From assembly GCF_006345805.1 (NCBI RefSeq), contig NC_043010.1, positions 58,590,001-58,654,000 on the forward strand: a stretch of 64,000 bases of DNA. The letters are read 5' to 3'. Under the pieces are notes generated by a model. That model ran no database searches. It was given only the letters and a program-made list of their open reading frames with translations, and had not been told where the DNA came from. Origin of the DNA: Octopus sinensis (taxonomy: Eukaryota). The translations under genes and the position numbers were made by a program. Below are positions 26,206 through 40,081 of this stretch, piece after piece; within the stretch, counting starts at the first letter, position 1, and each line of letters starts with the position of its first letter.

Positions 26206-26440
26206 CTCCATTGTCTCATCCATAATCAGTGTGGCAGTGTGTGAGGGAGTGTCTAGTGGTGTGTCACTCTGTGTGTGTGTGTGGTAGTAGAGATGTGGAT
26301 CTCAGGCTGTAACTACTGCTGCTGTTGTTTCTGCTGCTGTAGTCTGCTGCACACACACACACACACACACTGCTTCTACACATATACTGCAGTGATGTGT
26401 GTGTGTCATAAGAGCTGTGTATAGACTGTGTGCTGTGTAA
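26206..26440 (-). other. Putative 5' leader exon of gene C
   Basis: Homologous block; donor GAG|GTAAGT at 26206/26205. Confidence 0.7.
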
Positions 26441-27962
26441 ATATACACAGTTTGTAGTTCTATGGTTTATAGTCTAACAATGGAGTGTTGTGTAATGCTG
26501 GTGTATTGTAACGATGTGTGATGTGTAGTAACTCTATCGGTTGTGTTGGGAAACGAGTTAGTGTGTTGTTGTATTTAGATATACAATAGAGGATACGTAT
26601 ATGTTGTGTTTAAAAACTTGATTGTATGTAAATATTTATATATGTATATTTATGTATGGTTGCATGTGGCTAGTCTTTAGTCACCTGCCTGATGGTTTGT
26701 CTCTCTTTTTACCTCTTGGCTTCCCTCTGACAGATTATACTTTATACACACACACACATACTATATCTGTATACAGATATATATGAATATATATATTATC
26801 ATATCTATATATATATATGTGTGTGTGTTTGTGTGTATAGATATATATACATACATATATGTATGTATATATATTTATGTGTGTGTGTCTGTGTGTGTGT
26901 ATAGATATATATATATATATATATATATCATCATCATCAGCTAACAGCCTGTGATAACTATATCGTATGCTTTGATGAATTATTAGACTATCAGAATTTT
27001 TATCAGCATTTAAGTAGGGGATATTGTGAGAGACTGGTTTTGGGGGATAGCTGGGCATTGGTTTTTGTGTCTCAACACCCACCAATTGAATGAAGCACAA
27101 TCAATTGTAGACGAGTGTGTCCTGAGTGCATTGTAGCCAGAAGAAAACTACAGTAAAAGAAGGTCAGGGTTCTTTTATCCCTGCTGGCAACAAAAGTAAT
27201 CTCACTGCAAATGATGTGTAGATTGCTTGTTAGTCTTGTATTACAAAAAACAAGTACTGCTTAGCAATAAGACAAAGGTATTGAATGTTGAACATTCAGA
27301 TGTAGAAGTTGGTAAGAAAGGAAGCAAGTAATCCCCACTTTCTTGTGTAATTTTGGTGAGTATTGAGCAAGAAGAGAGAGATTAGATGAAAGGAAACCTG
27401 GCTAAAGGAATATCAGGTGTAGTACAGAAACGGGGAGTTAGGGGCTAGGTGTTTAGTAGAAATGACATGGGTGTGGTTGTGTAGATCTGAGATGTAAATG
27501 GATGGTTGCAGTTGAGTAAGGATGTCGTTGGAGGAACTGGAAGGAGTCTGGGGGAGAGGAAATCCAAGAGAGACAGAGGGAGATGGGAACCTTAGAGAGA
27601 AGACAGCAAAGGAACGCAACAAATTGTGTGATATAGAGTTGAATGGGTTCAAGCCTAGCTGGGAATGTATAGGAAAAACTGGATATTAGCATGGGGATAA
27701 AGTGTGTTTGTGTGTGTATACACATAGGGTGAAAATTTGTATGAATGTGTTAATGTGTCTTTCTGTGTGTGCATTGATGTAATGTGTGTAGGTGTGTGTG
27801 TACTACTACAGTCTTATGTGTGTCTGTGTTTGTGATTCTAGTGTGTGCTGTTAAGAATGTGTCCATCAAATATTCCACTATGGTAAGATGGTAAGATCCT
27901 CACAGAATATTCCAGAGTCTGTCTGTGTAACAATATCTTTTTTCCTTGGCAGAAATGTGGTT

Positions 27963-27986
27963 TTACTTTTTAATTCTTGTTGGTAA
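27963..27986 (-). CDS. Putative terminal coding exon of gene D (LPTRIKK*)
   Basis: Same acceptor. Its one substitution (AAA to AAG) is synonymous in the phase-0 frame. Confidence 0.6.
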   Translation of the reverse strand, partial: LPTRIKK

Positions 27987-28617
27987 CTGGAATGGAGAAA
28001 GAAAGAGAGAAAGAGTTTAACAGAACATTGAATCAAGTATGTCACCTCAAATGTATGCCAGACAATATATCTGACAGCTTTCATGGTGACCCAATGTATT
28101 AGAGGCCTTTGTCTTGTCTTGAAAGTACATCGGTTAGAGGGGGCCTTCTTCAGAAGTTCCAGTTTTGAGAAGTGTGGGACTATTTCTTAGCCTCTATTGT
28201 TACCAGATCTACTCTGACCCCAGGTAGTAGCACCCACCTAAATTTTGATCATGGGTTAATTAGCATTTCATGGAATGGCATCGAGATAATTTACAGACAT
28301 CATAACAAGCCCAGGGCAGATGAAACCCTTCAGCTCTTTAGCAGGTCGTCTAAGAGAAGGTAAATCCAGATAAATCCTGCTAACTACTGGGCTCATGCGA
28401 TTTGTTTCACCAGATCAAGACACAAAGATGCACACATATTAATATATACATACATATAAAAGGGGGCTTCTCTCAGTTTCTTTCAACCAAATCTACTCAC
28501 AAGTCTTTGGTCGACTCAAGTCTATAGTAGTAGATAGTTCTCCAAGGTGACATGCAATGGATGTAGTGGCTGTGGTGGTGGTGTTAATGAGGTGTTTTTT
28601 TGTAAAATTATACTTAC

Positions 28618-31041
28618 CAATATTGTATTGGGTGGACTCTTTTCCAAGGAACCCACGTTTGACCAATCAATCTGAGACTCATACTGCGGGTAGAAATCTT
28701 CCTTACATTCCACAAATGGCATGTTTCTATTATTCATCTCTGAAGAGTACCTCACTGGGGTACCAGGAATACTGCTGCTCTGACACGGTAATGGTTGATC
28801 AATTCTGTTACATATAGCTGACCTATTAACACCTTTCCTAGTGTTCTTGGCAGAGCGAGACTGACCACTGCTACATTTCACAATACACAGTGTGATCGAC
28901 ACTACAATCACCACAGCTACTATTACAGCTGCTACTACAAGGATAATCAATAATGGTACGTCCAGTGTTCTGTTCTTCTCTAAGTGGACAGTCGGCATCG
29001 GTGCTGATGTCTTGTTAGTGACCCTTAATGACAAAGACACAGTAGTTGTGGCTGACAACACTGGGCTTCCAGAATCCTTGACCACAAGCACCAGTTCGTA
29101 TGAGCCAGCATCATTGAGATGAGGTGCACGCGAGAAAGACATTTGACCAGTTAAAGAGTTGAGTGTAAACAAGCGTTTATTGTTACCGTCAAGTATTCCA
29201 TATTTGAGGAACGCATTTAAATGACTGTCTCTGTCAGACGCTCTAATCACAGTGATGGCATTGGTACTTTGCGGGTGGTAGTGGACATTGATATGGAAAG
29301 GGTCAGTTGTAGGGTAGATGAAATACGGATTATTGTCGTTTCTGTCTAAAACCTCAACAACAACATTCGCTGTGTTATTCAACGACGGTTTACCATTGTC
29401 TTTGACAAAAACCTCAAACTTATACATGTCTTCTTCTTCTCTGTCCAATGGTATGTTGCTGGTAATAAAACCATAATCACTCACCTGGAACGGTATGTTA
29501 TTTCTGTCTTTACTCAACAGTGAGAACGTCAATTGACCAGCACTTGCCAGGTCTGGGTCAGTGGCATTGATAAAACCTATAGGAAAGTTTGCTTTACCAT
29601 TCTCATAGGTGAGGAAGTGGAATGTATCTTTGGTAAATTGCGGTTGCACATCATTCACATCCATTACTTGGATTGAGATCTTTCTCTCCGTCTTCAAAGC
29701 AGGGCTTCCATTGTCTTCACACACAATTCTCATGTTAAAATGGTCTAATTTTTCTCTGTCAAGTGGTTTCTTCAGAGTAATCTTGTATTCCTTTGATCCT
29801 AAATGTGAGAGGACAACTTTATCATGTTCTAATTTACAACTCACTTCTCCATTTGCTCCAAAATCATTGTCCACCACATTCACATAAGCAAGATAACTGC
29901 CCACTTTAGTTCCTTCGTAAATAGCTGCAGTGTCCTTCTTCAATTCAGACACAAAATTGATCCCTATTTTGGGGGGATGGTTCTTTTCATTGAGAATATT
30001 CACCCGTACAATGGCAAAGGAATTTAAGGATGGATTCCCACCATCTTTGGCCTCCACATACATCTTGAGAATATTCTTTGTTTGTGATGTTAATGGTTTT
30101 TCTACAAATAATTCCCCAGTCTGTTGGTTCAGTCTGAAATGTCTTCTTGTGCGTTCTGGTGTTTTTGAACTCATAAAATAAGACACTTTACCATTATTGC
30201 CAGAATCTGGGTCTTTTGCAGACAATGTCAAAATAGGGTTGTTGTTAGGATGTGTATTTTTGATGGAAATATTGTAAATATGTTTTGAAAAAACTGGTGA
30301 GTTATCATTCACATCAATTATTTTTATATGAACATGTAGAATTCCTTGTTTTGAAGGTTGTCCTCCATCATTAGCTATCACTTCTAGATTGTAACTATCT
30401 TGTATTTCTCTGTCTAGTTTGTCTCCAAGAACAATTCCTATCTTTGCCCCTCCAGTGATAGTTTTCCTCACAGACAATATAAATGGATCACTAAATTGTT
30501 TCTTCAATTTGTATGTAACTTCTGAGTTTTCCATTCCAACATCTTTGTCGAAGGCTTCGGGAATTAATCTTTCGGCTCCTTCTCCATCATCTTCATCATA
30601 TGTAATATTCAGTTGTGTCTGAGGAAACTCAGGGCTGTGATCGTTAATGTCTTCTATAATTACTTTAATTTTAATAATTTTCAAAAATGTCTTCCTTCTA
30701 TGTACAGCAACTTTGATGTATCTAACACACTCTGATTCATATGTACACAGTTTCTCAGCATCCAATGTTTGAGCCGTGTACAATTTACCATCTTGTGTGA
30801 CATTGAATAAATGTGAATTCTCTGTCCATTGCTGTTGCATTTGGTTGTATGTGATGAAGTTATTTCCCACAAGAGAGTCCGTTTCTTCCATCTGTGTGTC
30901 AGCAGCAATATCCCCAACAAAAGTAAAGGGACTGCTTTCTTCTTCTACATGATAGCTCAGATCTACACAGACACAACTGTGTAGTAATAGATTGAGGACA
31001 TTTGCAAGTAAGTATGTATTCCACACACAGCCTACTTCCAT
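28618..31041 (-). CDS. Protocadherin D, main coding exon (808 codons)
   Basis: ORF track 28522..31044; ATG 31041, acceptor 31074, donor TTG|GTAAGT at 28618/28617. Confidence 0.96.
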
Positions 31042-31669
31042 CACAGAATGTTAAATCATATCTTGTGAGTTTATCTGAAATTAAAGAAGAAAATAGAATA
31101 TTTTTATTGAAATATTTCACTGAAATTTTGAGGTTTTGGAAAGAATCTTTTGTTGAAATTGTTTAAAATTTCAAAACTTTTATGGGAGATATGAAAGAAA
31201 GGTGTTAATATTTATGGGACATTAAGTTTAGTTCAAAGTTTCTTTATTTTAAGTGTTTCGTACCCTAAATTCTCTTCTATCAAGAGAAGGGATATTTATT
31301 CTTGGTTTGTTAAAAGAAAGTGTGAAATAGGGTATTTGACAAGAATTTCTGACATTTTCGAAGTAGTCTTGAATACTTCCTTAAAGTAAAGTTAGACAAA
31401 ATAGTAACGGGAGGTAACTGCATTTATGGTGCGTAGAATGTTTTATTATCTCCCTTATTTTAGCTTCAGAGTTGGAGACTTGGAATATTATAGTCAGAAA
31501 TTTCTTGTCTCCATTGGATATTTTCTTTAAAATGTTGATATCGTCATCTTTTTCTGCTCACTAGCTTTTCCATGAAGTAACAGAACTGCGGATATTTAAC
31601 TGTAGGGACATTGCAAGCTATCCTTTCATTTTTCATTCAGCATCAAAATTCGATGATGATGGTTACCTA

Positions 31670-31748
<79 letters not shown>

Positions 31749-32236
31749 GTTATTCCGTGCATCTATCTTTTCTTTGTAAAGGTACTCATATATAAGTGCA
31801 AGTTAACCCTTAAATAGGCCCCTTTTACTCTCTTACAGATGAAAAAAGTGTCATAAATTTATTTATAATATATTAACAACAGTTATAATTAATTAATCTA
31901 GACTTGAAAGGAAAATTAAGATCTCATTTCAGAAACTAAATACATTTAAAACTGTATTGAACAATAATGTTCTATATAACAAATCTTTTACAGAAATCAG
32001 AAAACCTTACCAAAAGTAGGAATTCTTCAATATCCAAATTAAAAGACAGGATTTCTTCAAGTTAATAACTTAAAGTCATCCCATTTTGGTGAGAACAGAG
32101 TTGGGCTTCAGTGTTTTGGTCCCTTCCGTTGGAAATGGTCCTAAAATATATTGAAATATAACAACGATACTGTATTCCATGTTATAGAAATAAGAATGTG
32201 TGTGTGTGCATGTGAGAAAGAGCGAGAGAAGGGAAG

Positions 32237-32276
<40 letters not shown>

Positions 32277-33719
32277 CAGACAGACAAACAGACAAGTGTA
32301 GTTTTGGCAGATACAGATTTATAACAATTCTTATGAACCATTATACTTATATGAGAGATGAATCACATTCATTGAGAATGTTCTGTGTGTATGTATGTAT
32401 ATATATATATATATATATATGTATATTTATATATGTATGTGTGTGTATTTATATAGTTAGTCGTCTCACAGATATAGTTTTGGAGAATTAATGTATACAC
32501 TCACTTCTAAACATTATACACAGTAAATATACATTCTGTACGGCAGACTCTTCAACAAATTTACAAATTTCAATAGAGAATAACTCCAAACATACACTTT
32601 TTGATTCACAAACGAATATATAATTAGTGAAAGATAATGACGAGTGTATATAAGAAATTGAAGAACAACAGAAAGAAAAGGTTCAACAAGCAAGATTTCT
32701 CATCATTATATAGCCATGTTTAAAAATATATACACCAGTGATTATAAACTAAATTAACAATATACAACATATTGCTCATGCTGAAATGTTAATATATACA
32801 CTGTACAATATCTTAAACAATAAATACTGACAGAACCAAACACAGATATATATATATATATATATATATATATTTCCACAAGAAATTTAATCACCAAATG
32901 ACTCTGTATCACAGCAAAATGTCTGCTGCTATTCACAATATACAACAATGTGTCTAACGAATGGCTATTATTATTAATATTATTATTATTTTGAACATTA
33001 CTAATCCACACACACCACAGAAAAAAAAGATCCACTTGTATTTCTATGTCTTGTTGTCTTCACTTTGACACTAAAATATATTTTCCACAACAAATTGCTC
33101 ACACAATCCCTCAAACAACCATGTCTGACATCAGAACGATATCTGCTACTCTGTGATTATAGATTCATTATGAAGACCTCCTTCGTTAAATCGTTTCTAT
33201 AAATGCTTTTAGAACATCATTTATACATTGTGATATGATAAAATGAATAGAGAAATATTAAGTAAGAAATATTTCTGGGAATATAATGATATATTGTTAG
33301 AGTGTCTGCAGGAAATCTACAAATGAAATAATCTGGCTAAAGAGAAGAGACGGAATGTTGTGAAGACAAAATGGAGATTTCCTGAGAAATGAGATTTAGT
33401 GAGACAAACTTTGCATCTAATTTCACCTAACCAACAACATAGGAGACTAAAACAATAACAATTATTATAAACTCTATCAATATAGAACCAGAATATTTGT
33501 GAGATGACACTGGATTGTTAAATAATCTAATAATAATTATAATAGTTAGTATTTTGCCCAGTGAAGTTGTATGTTGTGAGTAAAACATTTGCTGATATTT
33601 GTGAGTGATATAAGGGTGTTTCCCTGAATGTCCCTTTGGTTTTCTCTTGTCTCTTATATATTTTCACATGATATTAAAGAGGAAAGATGGGAAATGAAAG
33701 AAGATAGATGTAGACTTAC

Positions 33720-33877
33720 CTCCATTGTCTCATCCATAATCAGTGTGACAGTGTGTGAGGGAGTGTCTAGTGGTGTGTCACTCTGTGTGTGTGCGTGTGT
33801 GGTAGTAGAGATGTGGATCTCAGGCTGTAACTACTGCTGCTGTTGTTTCTGCTGCTGTAGTCTGCTGCACACACACA
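33720..33877 (-). other. Leader exon of gene D; homology to the other units ends at the (CA)n tract
   Basis: Donor GAG|GTAAGT at 33720/33719. Beyond ctgctgcacacacaca the sequence no longer matches A, B or C. Confidence 0.7.
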
Positions 33878-34046
33878 TTCACAGTGCTACTATACTCTAC
33901 TGAAATAGACGGTAGTCAGGTGCCACGAGAGTTAGTTTTAGGCTGTGTTGTGTGTAGGCATTAATTTGTTATGCGGTTAGTTTGAATTTCTTCTGAGTAG
34001 ATTGTGTGTAATATGCATATATATATATATGTATGTATGTATGTAT

Positions 34047-34265
34047 GAGGTGGGTGCTGAAATATTCCTGGCTTTGCGTAAAAAACATACAGAAGGGTCA
34101 GTTATCAGTGAATTATGATTTTATTCAACATATTCCCTTCTCAGATTCACACATTTACTGCAATGCTCCTTCAGTTTCTCAAAGCCCTGTAAACGAACTC
34201 TGTCATTAGGGCCTCCAACCACACCTTTCACAATGCCCTTAATGCCAGGGAACATTACAGCTCTC
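34047..34265. mobile_element. Probable mariner-type terminal fragment
   Basis: Begins ta-tgaggtgggtgctgaaatattcctggc next to a (TA)n/(TATG)n run, resembling a Tc1/mariner TIR. No transposase motif seen. Confidence 0.35.
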
Positions 34266-34270
34266 CACTC

Positions 34271-34329
<59 letters not shown>

Positions 34330-34351
34330 TGTGTATGTGTGTGTATATATA

Positions 34352-34398
<47 letters not shown>

Positions 34399-34499
34399 AT
34401 ATATACACACATATATATACTTTTACTCATTTCAGCTAGGGGCTGAGACCATGCTGGAGCACCAACTTTCATTGTTTTGGGATCTTCTTTCGATACTGT

Positions 34500-34790
34500 T
34501 TTAGGTGAAGAAGCGAGTTGGATTAAACTGCTCTTTTTTGTGCCTCTTGCCGCAACGTGGTCTCATCTGGGATTTCAGATAAAAATCGGTCCGTGTGCTT
34601 TTTGAACATTTCCCCATCTACATCTTGTAAACCTCGTAGATACCGTGACAGGATGTTAAGCAGTTGTGGTCCCCTGAATCCCAAGCTGTTGCAATACTGG
34701 GTCCTTAACTGAGATAAAGAAGAGGGTATCTTTGGTATTATGCTGTTCTGTCCAGTTCAGTGGTTGATATAGCTTTTAATCCTAAAGTGG
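34500..34790 (-). mobile_element. CR1/L2-type LINE ORF2 C-terminal fragment
   Basis: Minus strand reads [46 protein letters not shown], like the NxLP...FKxxLDxFL end of CR1-group ORF2. Confidence 0.6.
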
Positions 34791-34933
34791 GGAGCTAGAC
34801 CTTATATATATGTATATATGTGGGTGAGTATATATATATATGAACACACATACATGTATGTATATATATATTTATATATATATGTATACACACACACACA
34901 CATATATATATATACATACACACACACACAAAC

Positions 34934-34970
<37 letters not shown>

Positions 34971-35099
34971 TAAATATATATATATGTTTATATGCATATT
35001 TATGTATATATAGATGTTTGTGTGAGTATACATATATTATATATATATATATATATATAATATATATATATATATTGATTCAAAATGTGACCACATTTT

Positions 35100-35281
35100 G
35101 TACAATTGCTGATTTTTTTCCTCCGTCTTCCCTTCCTTTGATCTTTCCTTTTCCTATGTTTCTGACAAAGAGCTCTGCTCGAAACGTTAAATTTTCCTTC
35201 TTTCCTCCCATTCCTGAGTGTCTAACAACACTATACTTGTTCCACGTCCTCGCATTGTTGTGTTTTCATGTTTGGATTAAC

Positions 35282-35285
<4 letters not shown>
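35100..35285 (+). mobile_element. Penelope-type pseudo-LTR fragment with a decayed minimal hammerhead ribozyme motif
   Basis: gttt-CTGACAA-agagctctgctc-GAAAC-gtt-aaa at 35158-35191, embedded between (TA)n tracts. A related copy is at 58503-58650 on the minus strand. Confidence 0.55.
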
Positions 35286-35323
<38 letters not shown>

Positions 35324-35749
35324 CAGAGACAGAGAGAGATAGATATATATATACATGTACATATATATATAATATAGTATATATATTTAGATATAGACAT
35401 GGTGTTTTTATTGGTGTATTATATCTATAGTTCAGGCTGATCCAATAGATTCTTGGTCAAGTAGAATCCATCCTTGACAATTCCATCTATAATTCAGATG
35501 TCGTGTATTTAGAAATAACTTTTCCATTGTGTTCTGTTCCTGTTACCTGCTATTTCAGAGACCAGGTTCATTTGTCATCAGTGGTTCAAATGTTGAGGTG
35601 GACACATGTACCTTGTGTTGGCGTATGATGTGCAGGGGAATGGTGTGTAGATATTTCGTGGGTTGCATGGAAATATTTCCCATACTGGATACAGACAGAA
35701 GAACAGTTAATGTGACCCTTAAAATTATACTTACATGCATGCATACATC

Positions 35750-37300
35750 ATCATCATTTAACATCTGTTTTCCATGCTGGCATGGGTTGGATGGTTTGAC
35801 AGAAACTGACCAGCTGAAGGACTGTTCAGGCTCCATGTTGTTGGCATGGTTACTATGGCTGGATGCACCCCCCCCCCAACACCAACCAATTTACAGAGTG
35901 TGTCGGGTGCTTTTACATAGCACCAGCACAGGTGTGTTTATGTGGCACTGGTATGGGTGCTTTTTACATGGTACCAGCTCCCATGACCCTGCAAGGTTAG
36001 GAATGCTCAGCTGGACAGGGATGCAGGGGACATGCCTGTATGCGAGGACAGCCTTCATCTTACTTAGCTTGATTTGTCTTTTCAAGCACAGCAAACCACC
36101 AGGTGTCACAGTTTCCTGTCATCCCCTCTGTGAGTCCCGACATTTACAGATCGTTCGTCCCACATCTTCTTAGGTCTACCCCTTCCACATGTTCTCTCTA
36201 CAATTAGAGATCAGCACCTCTTGATGCAACTGCCTTCATTCATACACATTACATGGCCAAACCAGCACAGTTTTCTCTCTTAACACACTACATCTGATAC
36301 CCCATATACTGAGTTTTCCTCACTTACACTCCTTCGTATATGCACACTGACACTACCCATCCAGCAGAGCATTCTGGCTTCATTTCTTTCAAGCCTTTCC
36401 ATATCCTCAGTAGTCACAACCCATGTCCCATTACCATGTAGCATAGCTGTTCATACACCAGCATCATACAACCTACCTTTCACTCTGAGGAAGAGGCCCT
36501 TCATTACAAACAAAGGTAACAGCTCTCTGAACTTTACCAAGCCTATTCGTATTCTAGCAGCTATGCTTTCAGAACAACTTCTCCGCTGCTAACTTGGTCA
36601 CCTACGTAATGGGAACTGTCTACTACTTCTAAGGATACCCCCTGACATTTGAGGGAGTCTGTTTTTGGACATTCCTGGTGTTTAGTGTACCTGCACTTTT
36701 GCCACATGTAAAGTCCACTTTCTGTGTTAGTCTTCCAGTGATACTGCTGCACCTCTCATGTGTCCATAGCTTGCACTGAGTACACCATCTGAAGTTTCTT
36801 CCAACACCTCTTCTACATCTCCTTGAAGGAATCTGTGATTCATCTGTTTTCCTACCTATCAAGTCTTTGGCTTTTGCTAAATTAACTCTAAGGCCCATTG
36901 ATGCCAGACCTTGCTTCCATACCTGAAATTTCTTCTCTAGTTCTGGTAGTGGTTCAACAATAAGAACAAGCTCATCAAAATAGAGGAGTTCCCAAGGGCT
37001 GCCAGTCCTAAATTCCTCAGTTATAGGTTGGATGACCATGACAAATAAGAACCGAACACTGGTGGAGTCCTACTTATATGCTAAACTCCTTGTTATACTC
37101 ATTGGCAACACTCATCTTACAAACAGCATCCCTGTACATGACCTGTACAGTTCTGACTAACCACTCATCTATCCTTAGATTTTGCTCGACAGGTAAGGGA
37201 TCGGGGGACCCTGTCAAAGGCTTTCTTCATGTCAACAAAAGCCAGATACAAAGGTTTATTTTTGGCCAAGTATTTCTGCTGAAGTTGCCTCACCACATTA
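35750..37300 (-). mobile_element. Degenerate 5'-truncated RTE LINE
   Basis: RT fragments (YLAFVDMKKAFDRVPR, GSPWELLYFDELVL) from the same family as 60003-61492; 3' tail ends in (GAT)n at ~35750. Confidence 0.85.
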
Positions 37301-37399
37301 TATGATATTATATTTATAAATTTGATGTAATATAAAGGGAATTGCATTATTTGTAGATGTCTAGAGAGATTTTTGAAATCAGTGAATGTATTTTCACTA

Positions 37400-40080
37400 G
37401 AATTATTATATGCTTACAGAGGCAGATAGACATCGACAGCTCACAAGCCAAGCTACTCCAGACTGATGATGAGCAATGACTCAGAAACTAGTCTCTGATG
37501 ACAGGCTTAGCTGGGTGGAGGTGCTTAAATGTGTCAAGGCTGACAGGAAGCGATGCTTCCTAGGGCTAAATAGCAGTAGTATTATTCCCTTTCATTGGAC
37601 TGTCACCTTAAGTTGACAATATACCACCACTTTATCTTGAAATTCTATTTATTTTCATATGTATGTCCTTAGCTCATTCTGTGTTCTGTGGCTCATAAGA
37701 CAACAATTGCATCACTTCAAGAAATCTGCCCCTTGCCTCACTTCCGTGAACATCTTCCATCATGTTTCTGTGCCCTTCCACACTTTTCCTTGACCCCCTT
37801 CACTACTATAACCCATGGTTTTGTAAACTGATCCATATTTCAACACTCATAGACTCTGTCTTACACTTCTTCTGTTGTTGGCAAGAAGCAGACCCATTCT
37901 CCTCACCAATTTTTTGTTGCTAATATATTTGATCCTTGGAATCCCCACTATGCTTCCGGTGTATTGCCAATGGAAAGTATTTAGCTTGCTGCCTATTTTG
38001 TTGGTTGTACCTTTCCAAGGCTTTCATGCAAACATAACACGAGATGGAACTTGAGAGCATGGATTGCTGATTGTGTTATACAAGAATAACATTTAGCACA
38101 CTGTAGGTGCATCATATCACCACATGAGTTTTCTTCCCCTGTAGTAACAGGGGAGGCAATTCTAGAGAAAATGCAGCATGCTAAAGGTTAAGCTGTTGGA
38201 ACACCCTCACAGCCTTACTAAGCTCTGTTTCTGCTTTCACTCCTGCAACACCACTTTTAGAACTGATACTTCAAATATATGGAAAGGGATTGATACATGC
38301 AAGTCAATGTTAACCAGTTGTGATGGGTGATGATGGCCAGTAGATATGTCCTTGGTTTTCTTACAGCTCATGTACAAGACAATCTTCTTTAGGATTTCTC
38401 TTAAGATGGTCATCATCTCTTGTACACCCTTCAGGATGTAACTCTTGATTGTATTTCACAACCTTTCACCATTCTATCAGATTCCAAAGAATGTATCACA
38501 TATTGCCAACTTCAAAATGAAATTGATGTCAACAAGAAATAGGAAAGACGAGGGGATGCAGCCCTGAAAAATACTTGTCTTGAGCCAAACATCTTCCTAT
38601 TGCCTTCATTTATCCTGGCACAACACCTGGTGTGACAATAGATGGACTTGATATTGATATATTTCTAAGAGTTCCCATACAGACCTACTATTTCCCATGA
38701 TGACACATGATGCTATAAAGAGCTTTTTGAAGGAATAGTGTTTCCACCAAGGCATTTGAGAATCATTGCATTGTCTGACCATGTTTTGTTGTGTAAAGAT
38801 TCATCCAGCATAAGACCTTCCTCTTTGAAAGTCAACTTGTTCTTCTAGAAATTAGTTTCACTTCCACTCTGAGTCAATTCAGGATAACCAGACAGATTAC
38901 CTTACCTAGCATCAACTGCAGGGCGGTCTCTCACCTGTGGTTGTAATCCCTAGGACGACCATTTTTGTTATGATTACTCGACAGCCACAGTCAGCCTTGA
39001 ACATCTTCTTCATACCAGATCATGTTGAACAAAGGAGTGAACTATCCCACTATAACATCTCTACCATGTTTCAGAACTTTGACAGAAATCTCCCTAATCC
39101 CTGCTACTATTTTGTTGCTTTTCAGGCATTGGATAACAGTAATAACCCTGGAGATTATGAAATAACTCTTCCTCAGCTGATGTGTGACTCCTTCTTCAAT
39201 TTGACTGCTGTGGTGTGAGGTGACATAGAAGTGATCAAAACACTTTTTTGTCAGTTTGTTTCTACTCCTGATTAATAAACTAAACCCATTTTGCCCACCA
39301 AACACTTCTCTGAGCATTCCCTGCCAGTGCATTAGACTCATTTCATTCTGCTGCTCTTTTTGCCTTTACTGCCCAACTTTTAACCACCTTCGTTTTCCTT
39401 CTAAACTTCTTCACATCTCTGTCTAAGGATTTCTATCCCTCATTTACTTCTCTTCCTTTCTCAGTTGTTCTGGTCTGATCTCTTCTCTTCTTGACTTTCC
39501 TTTTGGCATCTATAGAGTTCTATGAGAAACTGCTGATTTACCATTTCCTCTTCTTTTCATGACAATATCTGCACCATTTCTGATGATTTTGATGAACAAC
39601 TGCCATTGGTATCCAAGATTCCATGCCTTCTATAATCCTTAGAAATGGTTCCTGATTTCTGAAATGCCGAGACCTTTAAGTCTCTCTATGGCACCTGGCC
39701 TCCCATACTTAATCGTCTTGTTCTTCTTCAGCTTCAAGAGGATCTTACCAACCATGAGATGATGATAGGATCCTATATCTACCCTTTGACAATTGAAGAC
39801 ATCCTGAAGGGAAGAGTGCCACCTCATACCAGTGTAACCAATATCATGTTTGGTATTGCTATCTGTAGAGTCACTGTCCTCTGGCAGAAGAATCTCACTG
39901 GCAGCCCGTGGGACCAACAGCTGAAGAGACTCCTCGTCTATTTCTAATTCGGTCAACAATTACCCATCTAATAACAGACTTAGGTTTCTAATAACAGACA
40001 TGGGTGCCACTCCAGATCATGGTGTGGAACCAGCTCAAGTCTTTCCTAAATGTCACTCCGAGCAGCCTGGCACTGAATTG
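37400..40080 (-). mobile_element. Old, heavily mutated RTE-like LINE (APE endonuclease and RT remnants)
   Basis: DIGSYHHLMVGKILLKLKK (end of APE domain, ORF 39639..39959) and GCIPSSFLFLVDI at ~38530-38570 (RT QGxxLSP motif). Boundaries approximate. Confidence 0.65.
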
Positions 40081-40081
40081 A

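Larger units (their letters stand above)
531..33877 (-). repeat. Tandem segmental array of four protocadherin gene units (A-D), head-to-tail
   Basis: Four near-identical coding exons with acceptors at 2984, 13647, 23326 and 31074 (spacings 10663, 9679, 7748 bp). Intron-1, leader-exon and 3' blocks also align between units. Length differences are largely copy-specific TE and microsatellite insertions. Confidence 0.97.
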
